Below, one piece after another: positions 20,501-29,147 of a DNA stretch of 61,780 bases. A program made the position numbers and the translations under genes. Source of the stretch: Candidatus Delongbacteria bacterium (GTDB lineage Bacteria > UBA4055); the NCBI GenBank assembly GCA_016937995.1, contig JAFGVM010000066.1, positions 1-61,780 of the forward strand, read 5' to 3'. How positions within the stretch are numbered: position 1 is the first letter of the stretch; each line of letters opens with the position of its first letter. The notes beneath the pieces were generated by a model. That model was given only the letters and a program-made list of their open reading frames with translations, was not told the DNA's origin and did no database searches.

Positions 20501-21983
20501 AAGTCTGAGAAACTGCAGCCATTACATTATCAAAATCTTCGACAAATTCATTTCCTGTCGGTTCAGGTCTTCTTCTACCGGAATCATCTCTTGCACCAAG
20601 TTTCATTTCAGAAAATTTAATAGATTTCATCTTGCCGTTCTCACCGATGATCTCGATAGGATTTGTAAGGAATTTAAATTTAATTCCCTCCTCTTCTGCT
20701 GCAACTATCTCATGCTTTTCTGCCGGCATTTCTCTTCTTGTTCTACGATATATTAAAGTAACATCAGCACCGAGTCTTTTAGCTGTTCTTGCACAGTCAA
20801 TAGCGGTGTTTCCACCACCTACAATAGCAACTTTTTTACCGATATGGACTTTTTCACCCCAGTTCACTTTCTTAAGGAAATCAATACCACCGAAAACACC
20901 TTCAAGGTCTTCACCTTTTATTCTAAGTGATTTACTTAGTTGCGCACCGATACCGACGAAGAATGCTTTATATCCTTTCAGTCTAAGTGCTTCAATATCC
21001 TCATGAGAATTTATCGGATGATTAACCTTGAGATCAACACCTTCTTTCAATATCTGCTCAATTTCCCAGTCAAGTTCATCTCTGGATAATCTATATGGAG
21101 GGATGCAAGAACGCATCATACCACCTGCTTTAGCATCTTTCTCAAAGATAGTTACCTGATAACCTTTCTGAGCAAGATAATACGCACAGGTCATACCTGC
21201 AGGACCTGCACCAATGACAGCAATTTTTTCTCTTGTCTTTGCAACAGGAGCTTCTTTCTTATCAAATTCATCCTGATGAGAATGTACATAGTCAGCAATG
21301 AATCTTTTTATTGATCTGATAGCCAAAGGATCGTCATAGTCACCTCTTCTACAGTCAAGCTCACAAGGATTGTGACAAACTCTACCACAAACAGAAGGGA
21401 AAGGATTATTTTGTCTGATAAGGTCATAGGCTTCTTTATATTTTCCTTGAGATACCAGAGCTATATACCCCTGAACATGGATTCCTGAAGGGCAGGATAT
21501 CTGACAAGGAGGTAATTCGTTTTTATCAATTACAAAGGCATTTGGAGATGCTTGAGGATAAGGCTTATATATAGCTGTTTTTTCAACAAGTTTTTCGTCA
21601 AATATTGAAACAGTGTTAATGGGGCAGATAGAAGCACATTCACCACATCCGGTACATTTATCAAGGTCGACAAATCGTGCTCTTTTATTAACTTTAACCT
21701 TGAAATTACCTGCTTCTCCATCTACAGAAACAAGATCGGTATTTGTTAAAAGGTCTATATTCAAATGTCTTCCGGCTTCAACGAGTTTTGGAGAGATCAC
21801 ACACATTGCACAGTCATTCGTAGGGAATGTCTTGTCAAGCTGAGCCATAGTACCACCAATAGCCGGTGTTTCTTCCATTAAATATACTTTAAAGCCTGAT
21901 CCTGCAAGATCAAGAGAGGATTGTATCCCTGCAATTCCTGCTCCGATCACTAGTACGGAACCTACTTTGTCTTTACTTTCCAT
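17523..21983 (-). CDS. hdrA: Large HdrA-like flavoprotein with inserted GltD/NfnB-type NAD(P)H oxidoreductase module (HdrL-like)
   Basis: LDKTFPTNDCAMC; CVGSR..CSSVCC; three FAD GxGxxG motifs plus the NAD(P)-binding GGGNTAIDCAR; PPCQISCP..CGRVC; C-terminal 2x[4Fe-4S]. Confidence 0.85.
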   Translation of the reverse strand: MESKDKVGSVLVIGAGIAGIQSSLDLAGSGFKVYLMEETPAIGGTMAQLDKTFPTNDCAMCVISPKLVEAGRHLNIDLLTNTDLVSVDGEAGNFKVKVNKRARFVDLDKCTGCGECASICPINTVSIFDEKLVEKTAIYKPYPQASPNAFVIDKNELPPCQISCPSGIHVQGYIALVSQGKYKEAYDLIRQNNPFPSVCGRVCHNPCELDCRRGDYDDPLAIRSIKRFIADYVHSHQDEFDKKEAPVAKTREKIAVIGAGPAGMTCAYYLAQKGYQVTIFEKDAKAGGMMRSCIPPYRLSRDELDWEIEQILKEGVDLKVNHPINSHEDIEALRLKGYKAFFVGIGAQLSKSLRIKGEDLEGVFGGIDFLKKVNWGEKVHIGKKVAIVGGGNTAIDCARTAKRLGADVTLIYRRTRREMPAEKHEIVAAEEEGIKFKFLTNPIEIIGENGKMKSIKFSEMKLGARDDSGRRRPEPTGNEFVEDFDNVMAAVSQTSDLKILEDSKVKTTPWNTIVANELTFGTNIPDVFAGGDVVQGPASVVEAVGQAYEAAISIERYLTGQDMEKGRVAKKDLIPAKEPQQFVMRQERKPMRFQEAEERIKNFDEHELGYSEEEVREEAKRCLECGICSGCMECVTVCEAEAIVHDMIDHEEEINVGSIIVATGAEKYDPTAMHEYGYGRFKNVVTSIQFERILAASGPYEGHLQRPADGKVPKKIAWIQCVGSRTEDSDMPYCSSVCCMYTMKEAIIAKEHVSSVEPTIFYMDIRAYGKDFDKYYDKAKDANVRFVRGRVGKIKEIEESGNLELYYVEDDGKNRIEEFDLVVLSIGLHPQNTSIELSDRLGVRLNEYNFIDNFGISPIQTTRPGIFVCGPAVSPKDIPETVMQASGAVANAAEILAEVRGTEITEKVYPEEIDVIGKKPRIGVFVCHCGINISSVVDVKSVVEFAKTLPNVVYASDNLFTCSQDTQEQMKEIIKEYKLNRVIVSSCSPSTHEELFQETMREAGLNKFLFDMANIRNQCSWVHKDDHPAATEKAKRLTKIAVSKGRLLEPLHSVALGVTQKALVVGGGLSGLTSALSIANQGYEVAIIEKSDRTGGNLNRLDENVEGKKVGDYLTELRDEVADNKLITIYTEAKIKDISGYVGNFTTTVHLNREDEDIKYDHGVIIIATGANESKPEEYLYGKNENVITQLEFEQDFEKNINEYKKMKNIVLVQCVGSRDENRPYCSRVCCTQSIKNAIRLKELNPKMNIHILYRDIRTYGFSEKYYREARDLGVVFVRYDIDTKPVIDIDAKQEMLKSKGLRATYKDHIMCKDTIMYPDRVILSSAMVPQEDAVELSQMLKIPLNEDNFFMEAHVKLRPVDFSAEGVFLAGLAHSPKGMEETISQAKAAAERATMIISSDEYIAEANIAKVDLDVCVGCGMCVSVCPYGAPELFWRNGKEFAHINSALCKGCGSCAAVCPSGAMQQLGFKEEQQLAMLTEALEVW

Positions 21984-22029
21984 GAAAAATTATCCTTTAT
22001 TTTTTTCGATCGTATGCGTTTCCAAATAC

Positions 22030-22053
22030 AGACGCATAGTGATGCGTCTCTAC
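22030..22053 (-). repeat. GTAG-type REP palindrome
   Basis: Minus strand GTAG-AGACGCAT-CACT-ATGCGTCT. Confidence 0.65.
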
Positions 22054-22109
22054 GGAATCGTTGTTATACGATCTGTGATTTCACTATATCAATTTTTATA
22101 AACCTTGAG

Positions 22110-23231
22110 CTACTTTATCAAAGAGTTTAATCTTGCTTGTGCTCTGGCTTTTTTTCTTATTGCAAATTCTTTAATTATATCTATCAAATAGTTACTTTCA
22201 ACTTTTTCGTGCATGCATTTATCATGCTTATTCTCAATATATCCTTTATAAAGAGCTTCTGAGTAAATTTCTCTACCCAGAGAATTTCTGATAAGTACCG
22301 TTGTAAATCCTTCGTCTGATCCAATGCCACCAACAGATATATCTGCATAATCGTTAGCAAAATCGTCACAGGCTATACAAGCCGGTCGTGCAATCTTTTC
22401 TATTACATCAAGCGGAACATGTATACAAATACCTGATTTCATATTCAATATCAATTTGTCTTTAATGTTTACCTTTACGATATCATCAATACAGATATTA
22501 TGTAACTTTGCAAATTCCTTTTTAGCAAGGTCTTCCAGTGTAAAACACTGTAAACAGAACAGACCTATAGTAAAGATCACCATATCTGAAGGAACTATGT
22601 TCATAAGCTGCATTTTTCGAATAGCTTTAATTTGACAAGGGGTGCCAACTAAAGCAAGTTTCTTCATATTCTTTTTGGCAGATTCCCGGATCACTTTTAT
22701 AACCGGAAAGCAAGATTTATATTCACTTCCTAATTTGTCCAGATGTAATGCTTCTGAATAATATGAACCGGCAGTTTCAAGCAATTCTTCTTTTGAAGTA
22801 GCTATTGTAGGACCATTACCACATGCTCCGATCCTTTTTGAAACGATCGCACCATCGATCTTGTTACTTTCAATCAAATAAGACAACAGCGAAGTTACTA
22901 CACCACCGTCTGTTGCTACCTTTTTAACATCTATATCAGTAGAACGGGCTGAAAAAACATCGATCCAATTTCCTATAGGAAATTTAGCATCGAATTTTTG
23001 CTTAAGTTCTTCCTCCAATCGTTTTGTCTGAGGGCAGATAAGGTAACAAATTCCGCCTTGCAGGCATTTTTCCTGGTCAGAATATTTCGGATAACCATCT
23101 TCACCAATTTCTAAAGCATTTATTCCATTAGCACTACAGAATGAAACACAACCTCCACAACGATTGCAAAGATCTTTGCCGATCACTTCTGTTAAAAGAT
23201 TATTGAAGCTAATACCGATATTCTTTTCCAC
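22110..23231 (-). CDS. FrhB/FdhB family (F420 hydrogenase beta-subunit-like) flavo-iron-sulfur protein
   Basis: CNRCGGCVSFC, ATDGGVVT, VGTPCQI, IGLFC, ACIACDDF, ADISVG. Confidence 0.88.
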   Translation of the reverse strand: MEKNIGISFNNLLTEVIGKDLCNRCGGCVSFCSANGINALEIGEDGYPKYSDQEKCLQGGICYLICPQTKRLEEELKQKFDAKFPIGNWIDVFSARSTDIDVKKVATDGGVVTSLLSYLIESNKIDGAIVSKRIGACGNGPTIATSKEELLETAGSYYSEALHLDKLGSEYKSCFPVIKVIRESAKKNMKKLALVGTPCQIKAIRKMQLMNIVPSDMVIFTIGLFCLQCFTLEDLAKKEFAKLHNICIDDIVKVNIKDKLILNMKSGICIHVPLDVIEKIARPACIACDDFANDYADISVGGIGSDEGFTTVLIRNSLGREIYSEALYKGYIENKHDKCMHEKVESNYLIDIIKEFAIRKKARAQARLNSLIK

Positions 23232-23267
23232 TTTATCCCTCCGGGATCATTAATTATTGAAATAAGA

Positions 23268-23293
23268 TCAAAGGGCAAATTTATGCCCTTTGA
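23268..23293. terminator. Intergenic hairpin (terminator or RNA stabiliser)
   Basis: TCAAAGGGCA-N6-TGCCCTTTGA. Confidence 0.5.
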
Positions 23294-23303
23294 ATTTCAA
23301 AAG

Positions 23304-24161
23304 TTATTTGATAGGATTATCTTTTCCGACGTTCCACTCATAATAAGCACCATCATATACTTTTACATTTTTAAATCCTGCTACATCTGTTAAAGCCATG
23401 AATACGATACCAGCTCTCACACTTGAAGCACAATAAAGAATTATTTCTTTATCGGCAGTAATACCTGCAGATTTTGCAGCGGCAATGATCTCATCCTTAG
23501 ATTTTAAAACACCATCTTCTTTGAAAACATTTACATGGTCAAAATTAACTGCACCTTCAATGTGACCTTTTTTATTAATGTTAGCATCATCTTTTTCTTT
23601 ACCGTTGTATTCATCAGCGCTTCTAACATCAACAATAACAACCTTATCATTTTTCAGGTTGGCTTTAACATATTCTATATCCGCATAAATTGCTGAATTA
23701 ACAGCAGGTGTGAATGTTGCAGCTTCGATCTCAGTTGCTTTTCCTGTGATCGGTTTTCTTGCCTTTTTCCAGCCCTTAATATGTCCGTCAAGAATGTCGA
23801 CATCCTTAGCGCCCATATATTTAAGTATCCAGTATAATCTTCCGGCTGCTTTATTTGATCCTGTATCATAAATAATGATCTTTTTATCAGCACTAATTCC
23901 CTGCTCACCCAGGATCTTTGCGATCTCTGCTGCAGGTTTCAGCATACTCTTGATACCCTCGGTATTATATAAAGCAGCATGATCAATGTTAACAGCACCT
24001 TCAATATGTTTTTTGCTGTAATCCGCAACAGGTTTTGTTGAGACAATAATTGCTTTTCCGTCCTTAGAAAGCTTAGCAGCATCTTTTGCAGATATTATAC
24101 CTGCAAAAACAAATTGAACACTGATCAACAGTACTACGATTATTCCAATATATTTTTTCAT
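23304..24161 (-). CDS. Exported tandem-domain sulfurtransferase (TST/SseA-like rhodanese)
   Basis: Signal peptide; HIEGAV twice; inactive N-domain YDTG; active loop YCASSVR; VYDGAYYEW. Confidence 0.9.
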   Translation of the reverse strand: MKKYIGIIVVLLISVQFVFAGIISAKDAAKLSKDGKAIIVSTKPVADYSKKHIEGAVNIDHAALYNTEGIKSMLKPAAEIAKILGEQGISADKKIIIYDTGSNKAAGRLYWILKYMGAKDVDILDGHIKGWKKARKPITGKATEIEAATFTPAVNSAIYADIEYVKANLKNDKVVIVDVRSADEYNGKEKDDANINKKGHIEGAVNFDHVNVFKEDGVLKSKDEIIAAAKSAGITADKEIILYCASSVRAGIVFMALTDVAGFKNVKVYDGAYYEWNVGKDNPIK

Positions 24162-24177
24162 TTTTTATCCTTCTGGT

Positions 24178-25227
24178 TTAAAACTTAACCTGTAATTGAA
24201 CAAGGATTTCGTCATTTTTCACTTCAACTTCTTCTGCTTTGTACAAATAGTTTATTTGTAATCTTGTCCAATCGTTAAAGAAGTAATTTAATCCCCAAGT
24301 TATTATACTTTGAGAATCTAGATCTTCATCAATGTCAGGATCAAAAGTTTCATATTTAATTACTGGTTGAAGATCCCATTCTGTCATATACATTGCCTGT
24401 AAAAAATATCCATCTCTTTGGATTGAACCTGTGTGGAACTCCACTTCTTCGCCACTTCAACCGCCGCCTGTTGTATAAGAACCTTCGTCTTTACCTTGAA
24501 TGTATTCAGCCTGTAATAAAAAATTATCATATTTGAATTCTAATTCTCCTCCAAAACGAGTTTTTTCATCATCTGGCTCGCCAGCAACAATAGGAGCAGA
24601 TGTTCCAAATTTATAACTACCACCAATACTGATCATATCATGTGGTGTTATTACTAACCTGCCAGTAAATGCTTTATTATTGTTGTCATCTAGGTCTCCA
24701 AGTTCGTTTCTTTTTGTCGCATTAGTGAGTGAAAGACCATATTTAAGGTATGTTCCATATTTCCCATTAATCATAATACCCATATCTCTATCAGGATATA
24801 CTAAGGTATTTACAACTGTAGATCTTTTAATCGTATGCAAAGATTGACATGGTGTGTTCATTTCAAGACCAAAAACAGATTTGAATCTACCTAACGAAAT
24901 TTTTGCATAAGGATCAAGTCTTGAATATGTTGCAAATCCATCAATCAAATAAGGGATTCCGTCTTCTGAAGCATATGGGCTAAGTTCCATTAAAAGGTAG
25001 TAACTAAAATCGTAAGGTATATTACCCACAACACCCAAACGAGCTCTGTTAAACGAAAAAGTTGTCAGATCTTCAACATTATTTTTGTACTGATGATATT
25101 CAAATTGTGATTGTAAATATCCAACGACACTAACACCTTCATCAGAAGAAGCTTCCATGCATTGTGAATATATTACTGAAGTTAACGATGCTACAATCAA
25201 AAAAGACAATAAAAATATTTTCTTCAT
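24178..25227 (-). CDS. OprO/P-like outer-membrane porin, 349 aa, predicted selenoprotein (Sec257 at TGA 24457-24459)
   Basis: Track ORFs 24457..25227 and 24178..24444 are in frame: SYTTGGG-TGA-SGEEVEFHTGSIQRDGY. The joined protein is a complete barrel ending QLQVKF, with a hairpin after the UGA. Confidence 0.8.
24423..24460 (-). promoter_or_regulatory. Putative bacterial SECIS of the porin
   Basis: Apical GUGG-AGUU-CCAC with loop 16 nt after UGA and G second in loop; basal UUGAA/UUCAA pairing. Confidence 0.5.
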
Positions 25228-25291
25228 TTGATCTCCTTTAAATTAATAAAAGAAGTAGGAACTCTCGTTCCCACTTCTAATAGTTTTTCAA

Positions 25292-26305
25292 TTATGGTGA
25301 AACTTCCAATGGAAGGTCAACAATAGCTGCTGCATCCCACTTATGTGTCTCAAGATCATCATATATCATTGAGTTTGCACCGTTTTTTAAACTAACAGCA
25401 TCAAATCCAAGCACATTAAGATAAGCAGTGATCATTGAAGAAGTTTGACCTGTCCAACAATACGTTACTATTTGCTTGCTAGGATCAAGATTAGTTATCT
25501 CCAAAGGATTTATTCTGTATGCGCCATCAATATTACCATAAAACTCTACATCAGTTGTTGTCCAGTAGTTGTTAATGAAATATTGAGTTGGATCTGCAAG
25601 AACTGTAGTAGCTGCGATACCTTTAAATCCACCGGCTAACATTGCATTAACTCTTTCGGCTAATATCTCAGCACCGTCCGTAGAAGCAACAGTTAAATCA
25701 AAATCAGGAAGATCAAAAACGATATTATCAGCGATATCGCCAGGTGCTGCTGTCCAATTAGGATCGTCCAGCTGAGAACATGAAGCAGACCAGCTATCAT
25801 ATTTTGTTATTATTGTATCTGCAACAGCATCCATTACATCAGTATGCCATCCACTCATTCCCCACATGATAGAGAAAGCATCTGAATATCCGGACAATCT
25901 TAAAGCAACCACCGCATGACATGCTGATTGTCCACTGTAGCAAACTACTGCAATAGTTTTATCTCCTGCGTTTGCAGCAGCAGTAACGACATCAGTAAAA
26001 GGAACATTTACCGCACTTGGAATATGTCCAGCAGCGTAAGCTGAAGCTGATCTGATATCCATGATGTAATAATCATTTAAAGGATCAGTGTCAGTCATGA
26101 TATCATTTACTGAACTTGCTGTTTTAATCCATGATGTAAGAACAGAAGTGATATCCATTCCATTGTCTTCCATATAATCCTGCATAATTTCGAATGCCGT
26201 TAGTGTAGGTACCGCAGGATCATCACTATCATCCTTACAACTTGTTAAGAAGATGCTCGTTAGTGCGAACATTACTACAAGTAACATTGTCCATTTCTTT
26301 TTCAT
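25292..26305 (-). CDS. Two-domain rhodanese lipoprotein
   Basis: Lipobox LTSC; GHIPSAVN; two active-site loops, CYSGQS and CWTGQT. Confidence 0.88.
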   Translation of the reverse strand: MKKKWTMLLVVMFALTSIFLTSCKDDSDDPAVPTLTAFEIMQDYMEDNGMDITSVLTSWIKTASSVNDIMTDTDPLNDYYIMDIRSASAYAAGHIPSAVNVPFTDVVTAAANAGDKTIAVVCYSGQSACHAVVALRLSGYSDAFSIMWGMSGWHTDVMDAVADTIITKYDSWSASCSQLDDPNWTAAPGDIADNIVFDLPDFDLTVASTDGAEILAERVNAMLAGGFKGIAATTVLADPTQYFINNYWTTTDVEFYGNIDGAYRINPLEITNLDPSKQIVTYCWTGQTSSMITAYLNVLGFDAVSLKNGANSMIYDDLETHKWDAAAIVDLPLEVSP

Positions 26306-26379
26306 TTTTTACCCCTTTTTCTATATTTTAGCCACAACCACTAGAGCATTATTGCTCCAGGTCTACCCATTATTTAAGA

Positions 26380-26448
26380 GTTTTGAGTTGTGGGTTTTGA
26401 GTTATGGGTTGTTTTCTCACAACTGACAACTCTCCACTCACAACTGAG
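26380..26448. repeat. Intergenic inverted heptamer repeat array
   Basis: TTTTGAG TTGTGGG TTTTGAG TTATGGG facing CTCACAA CTGACAA...CTCACAA. Confidence 0.5.
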
Positions 26449-26476
26449 AATTAAAGGCGTACAGCCTTTTAATTCT
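26447..26476 (-). promoter_or_regulatory. Putative SECIS of the Sec-rhodanese (extends into the 3' UTR)
   Basis: AGAAUUAAAAGGC-UGUAC-GCCUUUAAUUCU; 12-bp stem with one bulged A, loop 17 nt after UGA, G second in loop. Confidence 0.7.
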
Positions 26477-27023
26477 AGCCTCAACCACCTTCGTCGACTT
26501 CTTCTTCCTCGACGTCAGGAGCTGAAGGATCGAGCCATTTTTTGTAACCGCCTTTTAGGCTCTTTACATTTTTATAACCCATTTTCATCAGAGTATGAGC
26601 CGCAAGTGCAGCTCTTCCGCCTGATAAACAATAAACTACTATTTCCTCATCTTTTTCAGGCATATCGACCATCAGATCATCATTCCAGAACTTCTTGTTG
26701 TCGATCTTAAATTCAAGAAAACCTCTTGGAACGTTCACAGTAAATGCTTCAGGATAAGGGAATTCATCAGTTTCTTCATCAGCCTGATTGATAAAACCTT
26801 CGTCAAATTCTGAAGGTTCTCTTACATCGATGACCAAACGGAGCTCTTTGTTATCAAGTTTTGCCTTGAAATCCTCGTAAGATATCTCTGTAATATCCTT
26901 CTTAGCTTCCTGAACCATTTGCTTATTAGATGGATAAACACCATTCTCAGCAAAACCGCTTCCGCACCCAACTACAAAAAGGAGTGCTGAAAGCAATGCA
27001 GATAAATAAACAAGTCTTTTCAT
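26475..27023 (-). CDS. Single-domain rhodanese lipoprotein, 182 aa, predicted selenoprotein ending GG-U-G
   Basis: Start MKRLVYL at 27023, lipobox VVGC, active loop CLSGGR; 3' end GGT GGT TGA GGC TAG followed by a hairpin. Confidence 0.8.
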
Positions 27024-27039
27024 CTTATTCTCCTTTAAG

Positions 27040-28251
27040 TTATAGAGCGGAAAATTTTCCGGTCTTCTCATTCCATTTTACGAATATATATGCCAGTAGT
27101 ATGAATCCAAGAACCATTAACACAGATCCTGTATAACCTAAATAATCAGGTAAGAAGATCTTCTGAGATTCAGGTAGAAAACTTTCAAATACAGGAACAA
27201 TGAAAACCTTTGATACAGGTGCCATAACAGTAAAACCAAGTATAGACATCCATAGCTTTAGATGACCTTCACCGGCTCTCCATAAAGTACCGATCGCACA
27301 TCCACCTGCTATAGTCATTCCAAGTCCGAATATCGTACCACCGATAAGTGCCTTTGACCAGAAACTAGGATAAACAGCCTTCATTTCGATAGCTCTAACA
27401 GCTGTCTCAGCTACATTTCCCACACCGAAATACTTTAGTACCGTAAATCCGAAGATAAGTATAAGTAAACCGATCATGATAGCTACCGGAGCAGAGGATT
27501 CACCTGTCATAAAAGGTTCTCTGAATGCTCTGACGATACAGTATCTTGATCTCTGCAGGATAAATCCAAGAGTCAGACCTATGATAATGTGCCATCCGAG
27601 TATCTTCATAGCCGCAGAACCCTCTGCATTATAACCGCTGATAACATAGATAATTCCAGCTAGTAAAATCCAGGCAAGCCATCTCTGCCATCCCATGCCT
27701 TCTTTAGTTCCAGGCAAGAAAGTATATGACTTACCCATACTTACGTTTGGAAATGCTTCCATTTCCCAGAGGATATATTTCATCGCAAGAAAAGTACCGA
27801 TCAAAAATCCAGCAGTCAAAAATAATGCTCCGCCTGATAAAGCCGGAACACCAGTGAAGAATCCACCTGTAGTACAGCCAACACCGACCATTGATCCTAT
27901 ACCCATTAAAGCGCCACCTATCAAACCTTTAACAAGTTCTCCCTTAGGTGCTATCTTGATGCTAAATTCCTTTGAGAAAAGAGAAGATACAAACGCTCCA
28001 AGTACGATCATGATATTGAGAATAGCGACAGTGTGCATATTGATCGCTGTTGAAGTTCCTAGACTATCTACTCCCATAGACCCGAAAAGATTCTGACCGA
28101 TATTTAAATATCCTCCGCTTCCTCCCCAGGGATACTTAATTACAAAAAGCAGAATATTGAGAATAGCAAGAAGAACACCACCGAACCACATTGGCCAGCT
28201 TTTTGCAAAGATACTGTCATATAATTCTCTTAATATACCTTTTTTAAACAC
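27040..28251 (-). CDS. yeeE: YeeE/YedE (TsuA-like) thiosulfate/sulfur-compound transporter
   Basis: Multi-TM; GVGCTTG, QRSRYC, GMTIAGGCAIG; follows tusA/yeeD. Confidence 0.88.
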   Translation of the reverse strand: MFKKGILRELYDSIFAKSWPMWFGGVLLAILNILLFVIKYPWGGSGGYLNIGQNLFGSMGVDSLGTSTAINMHTVAILNIMIVLGAFVSSLFSKEFSIKIAPKGELVKGLIGGALMGIGSMVGVGCTTGGFFTGVPALSGGALFLTAGFLIGTFLAMKYILWEMEAFPNVSMGKSYTFLPGTKEGMGWQRWLAWILLAGIIYVISGYNAEGSAAMKILGWHIIIGLTLGFILQRSRYCIVRAFREPFMTGESSAPVAIMIGLLILIFGFTVLKYFGVGNVAETAVRAIEMKAVYPSFWSKALIGGTIFGLGMTIAGGCAIGTLWRAGEGHLKLWMSILGFTVMAPVSKVFIVPVFESFLPESQKIFLPDYLGYTGSVLMVLGFILLAYIFVKWNEKTGKFSAL

Positions 28252-28263
28252 GGTATACTCCTA

Positions 28264-28491
28264 TTATTTCTTTTTGATGTAGAATTTAGTTTCACCATCT
28301 AATTCTTCCATTGACAGGAATTCATTACCTGTTTTCTCGCACCATGCAGGAACATCTGTCTTTGAGCCGGGATCTGTTCCGATCATTTCAAGAACCTGTC
28401 CTGCTTCCATGCCTTTAATTGCCTTGCTAAGCTTAATGATAGGCATTGGGCATGATAACCCTTTACAATCCAAACTTTGATCAAAATTCAT
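28264..28491 (-). CDS. tusA: TusA/YeeD family sulfur carrier
   Basis: LDCKGLSCPMP, TDPGSKTDVPAWC. Confidence 0.92.
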   Translation of the reverse strand: MNFDQSLDCKGLSCPMPIIKLSKAIKGMEAGQVLEMIGTDPGSKTDVPAWCEKTGNEFLSMEELDGETKFYIKKK

Positions 28492-28548
28492 TTTACTCCT
28501 CCTTTTGTTATGTTATTATGTTTTATCTACAAATATAACCGATACAGT

Positions 28549-28574
28549 GAGACGTTGCAGTGCAACGTCTCTAC
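28549..28574 (-). repeat. GTAG-type REP palindrome
   Basis: Minus strand GTAGAGACGTTGCA-C-TGCAACGTCTC. Confidence 0.7.
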
Positions 28575-28583
28575 ATAAACGGT

Positions 28584-29060
28584 TTATTTTTTCCATGTAA
28601 CTTTTAATTCTTTTTCTATCATTTCTTTTACCTTCTTCTCATGATCGCCTTCTGGATGTAATTTCTGATTAATGATCTCACATCGAAGCTCCTGAACGAA
28701 TTTATCAAGTTCTTTAGCATCTTTGTATTGTTCCTTAGGAACATACCCTTCTTTTATTGCCATACCTCTCAGAACATCAAGAACATCTGAAAATTTTACT
28801 CCCTGAGGGCAAAGTGCGTAGCATGTATAACACCTTGAGCACATCCAAAGAATATCAGAAGACAATACTTCCTTTTTCATTCCAAGGATACACATTCTGA
28901 TGATCTTTCTGGGATCATAATCATCATTTACTTCTGCTACCGGACATGCAGCAGTACATGTACCACAGGTAAAACATCTCTGAATATGTTCAGCTCCGGG
29001 CTGAGCAGCGATCTCATTTTTGAAATTCGCATCCATTTCGCTTAAAATAATTTTATCCAT
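28584..29060 (-). CDS. hdrC: Heterodisulfide reductase subunit C-like
   Basis: CFTCGTCTAACP, PRKIIR, LWMCSRCYTCYALCPQGV. Confidence 0.9.
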   Translation of the reverse strand: MDKIILSEMDANFKNEIAAQPGAEHIQRCFTCGTCTAACPVAEVNDDYDPRKIIRMCILGMKKEVLSSDILWMCSRCYTCYALCPQGVKFSDVLDVLRGMAIKEGYVPKEQYKDAKELDKFVQELRCEIINQKLHPEGDHEKKVKEMIEKELKVTWKK

Positions 29061-29101
29061 TTTCTATATCCCTTTAATCTTTTTTATTTTTAATTCGCAG
29101 T

Positions 29102-29127
29102 GGGAAGGCGTAGGAGCCTTCCCCTAC
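29102..29127 (-). repeat. GTAG-type REP palindrome
   Basis: Minus strand GTAG-GGGAAGGC-TCCTAC-GCCTTCCC. Confidence 0.6.
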
Positions 29128-29147
29128 GGATATCGATCTATTTTAAT

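Noticed and set aside
24178-24444. Independent 88-aa gene from the ORF track
   Set aside because: It is the in-frame C-terminal part of the porin and has no signal peptide of its own
26328-26370. Cryptic minus-strand peptide ending CSSGCG-stop upstream of the double rhodanese
   Set aside because: An in-frame TAA precedes it and there is no start; it overlaps a simple hairpin and is probably chance
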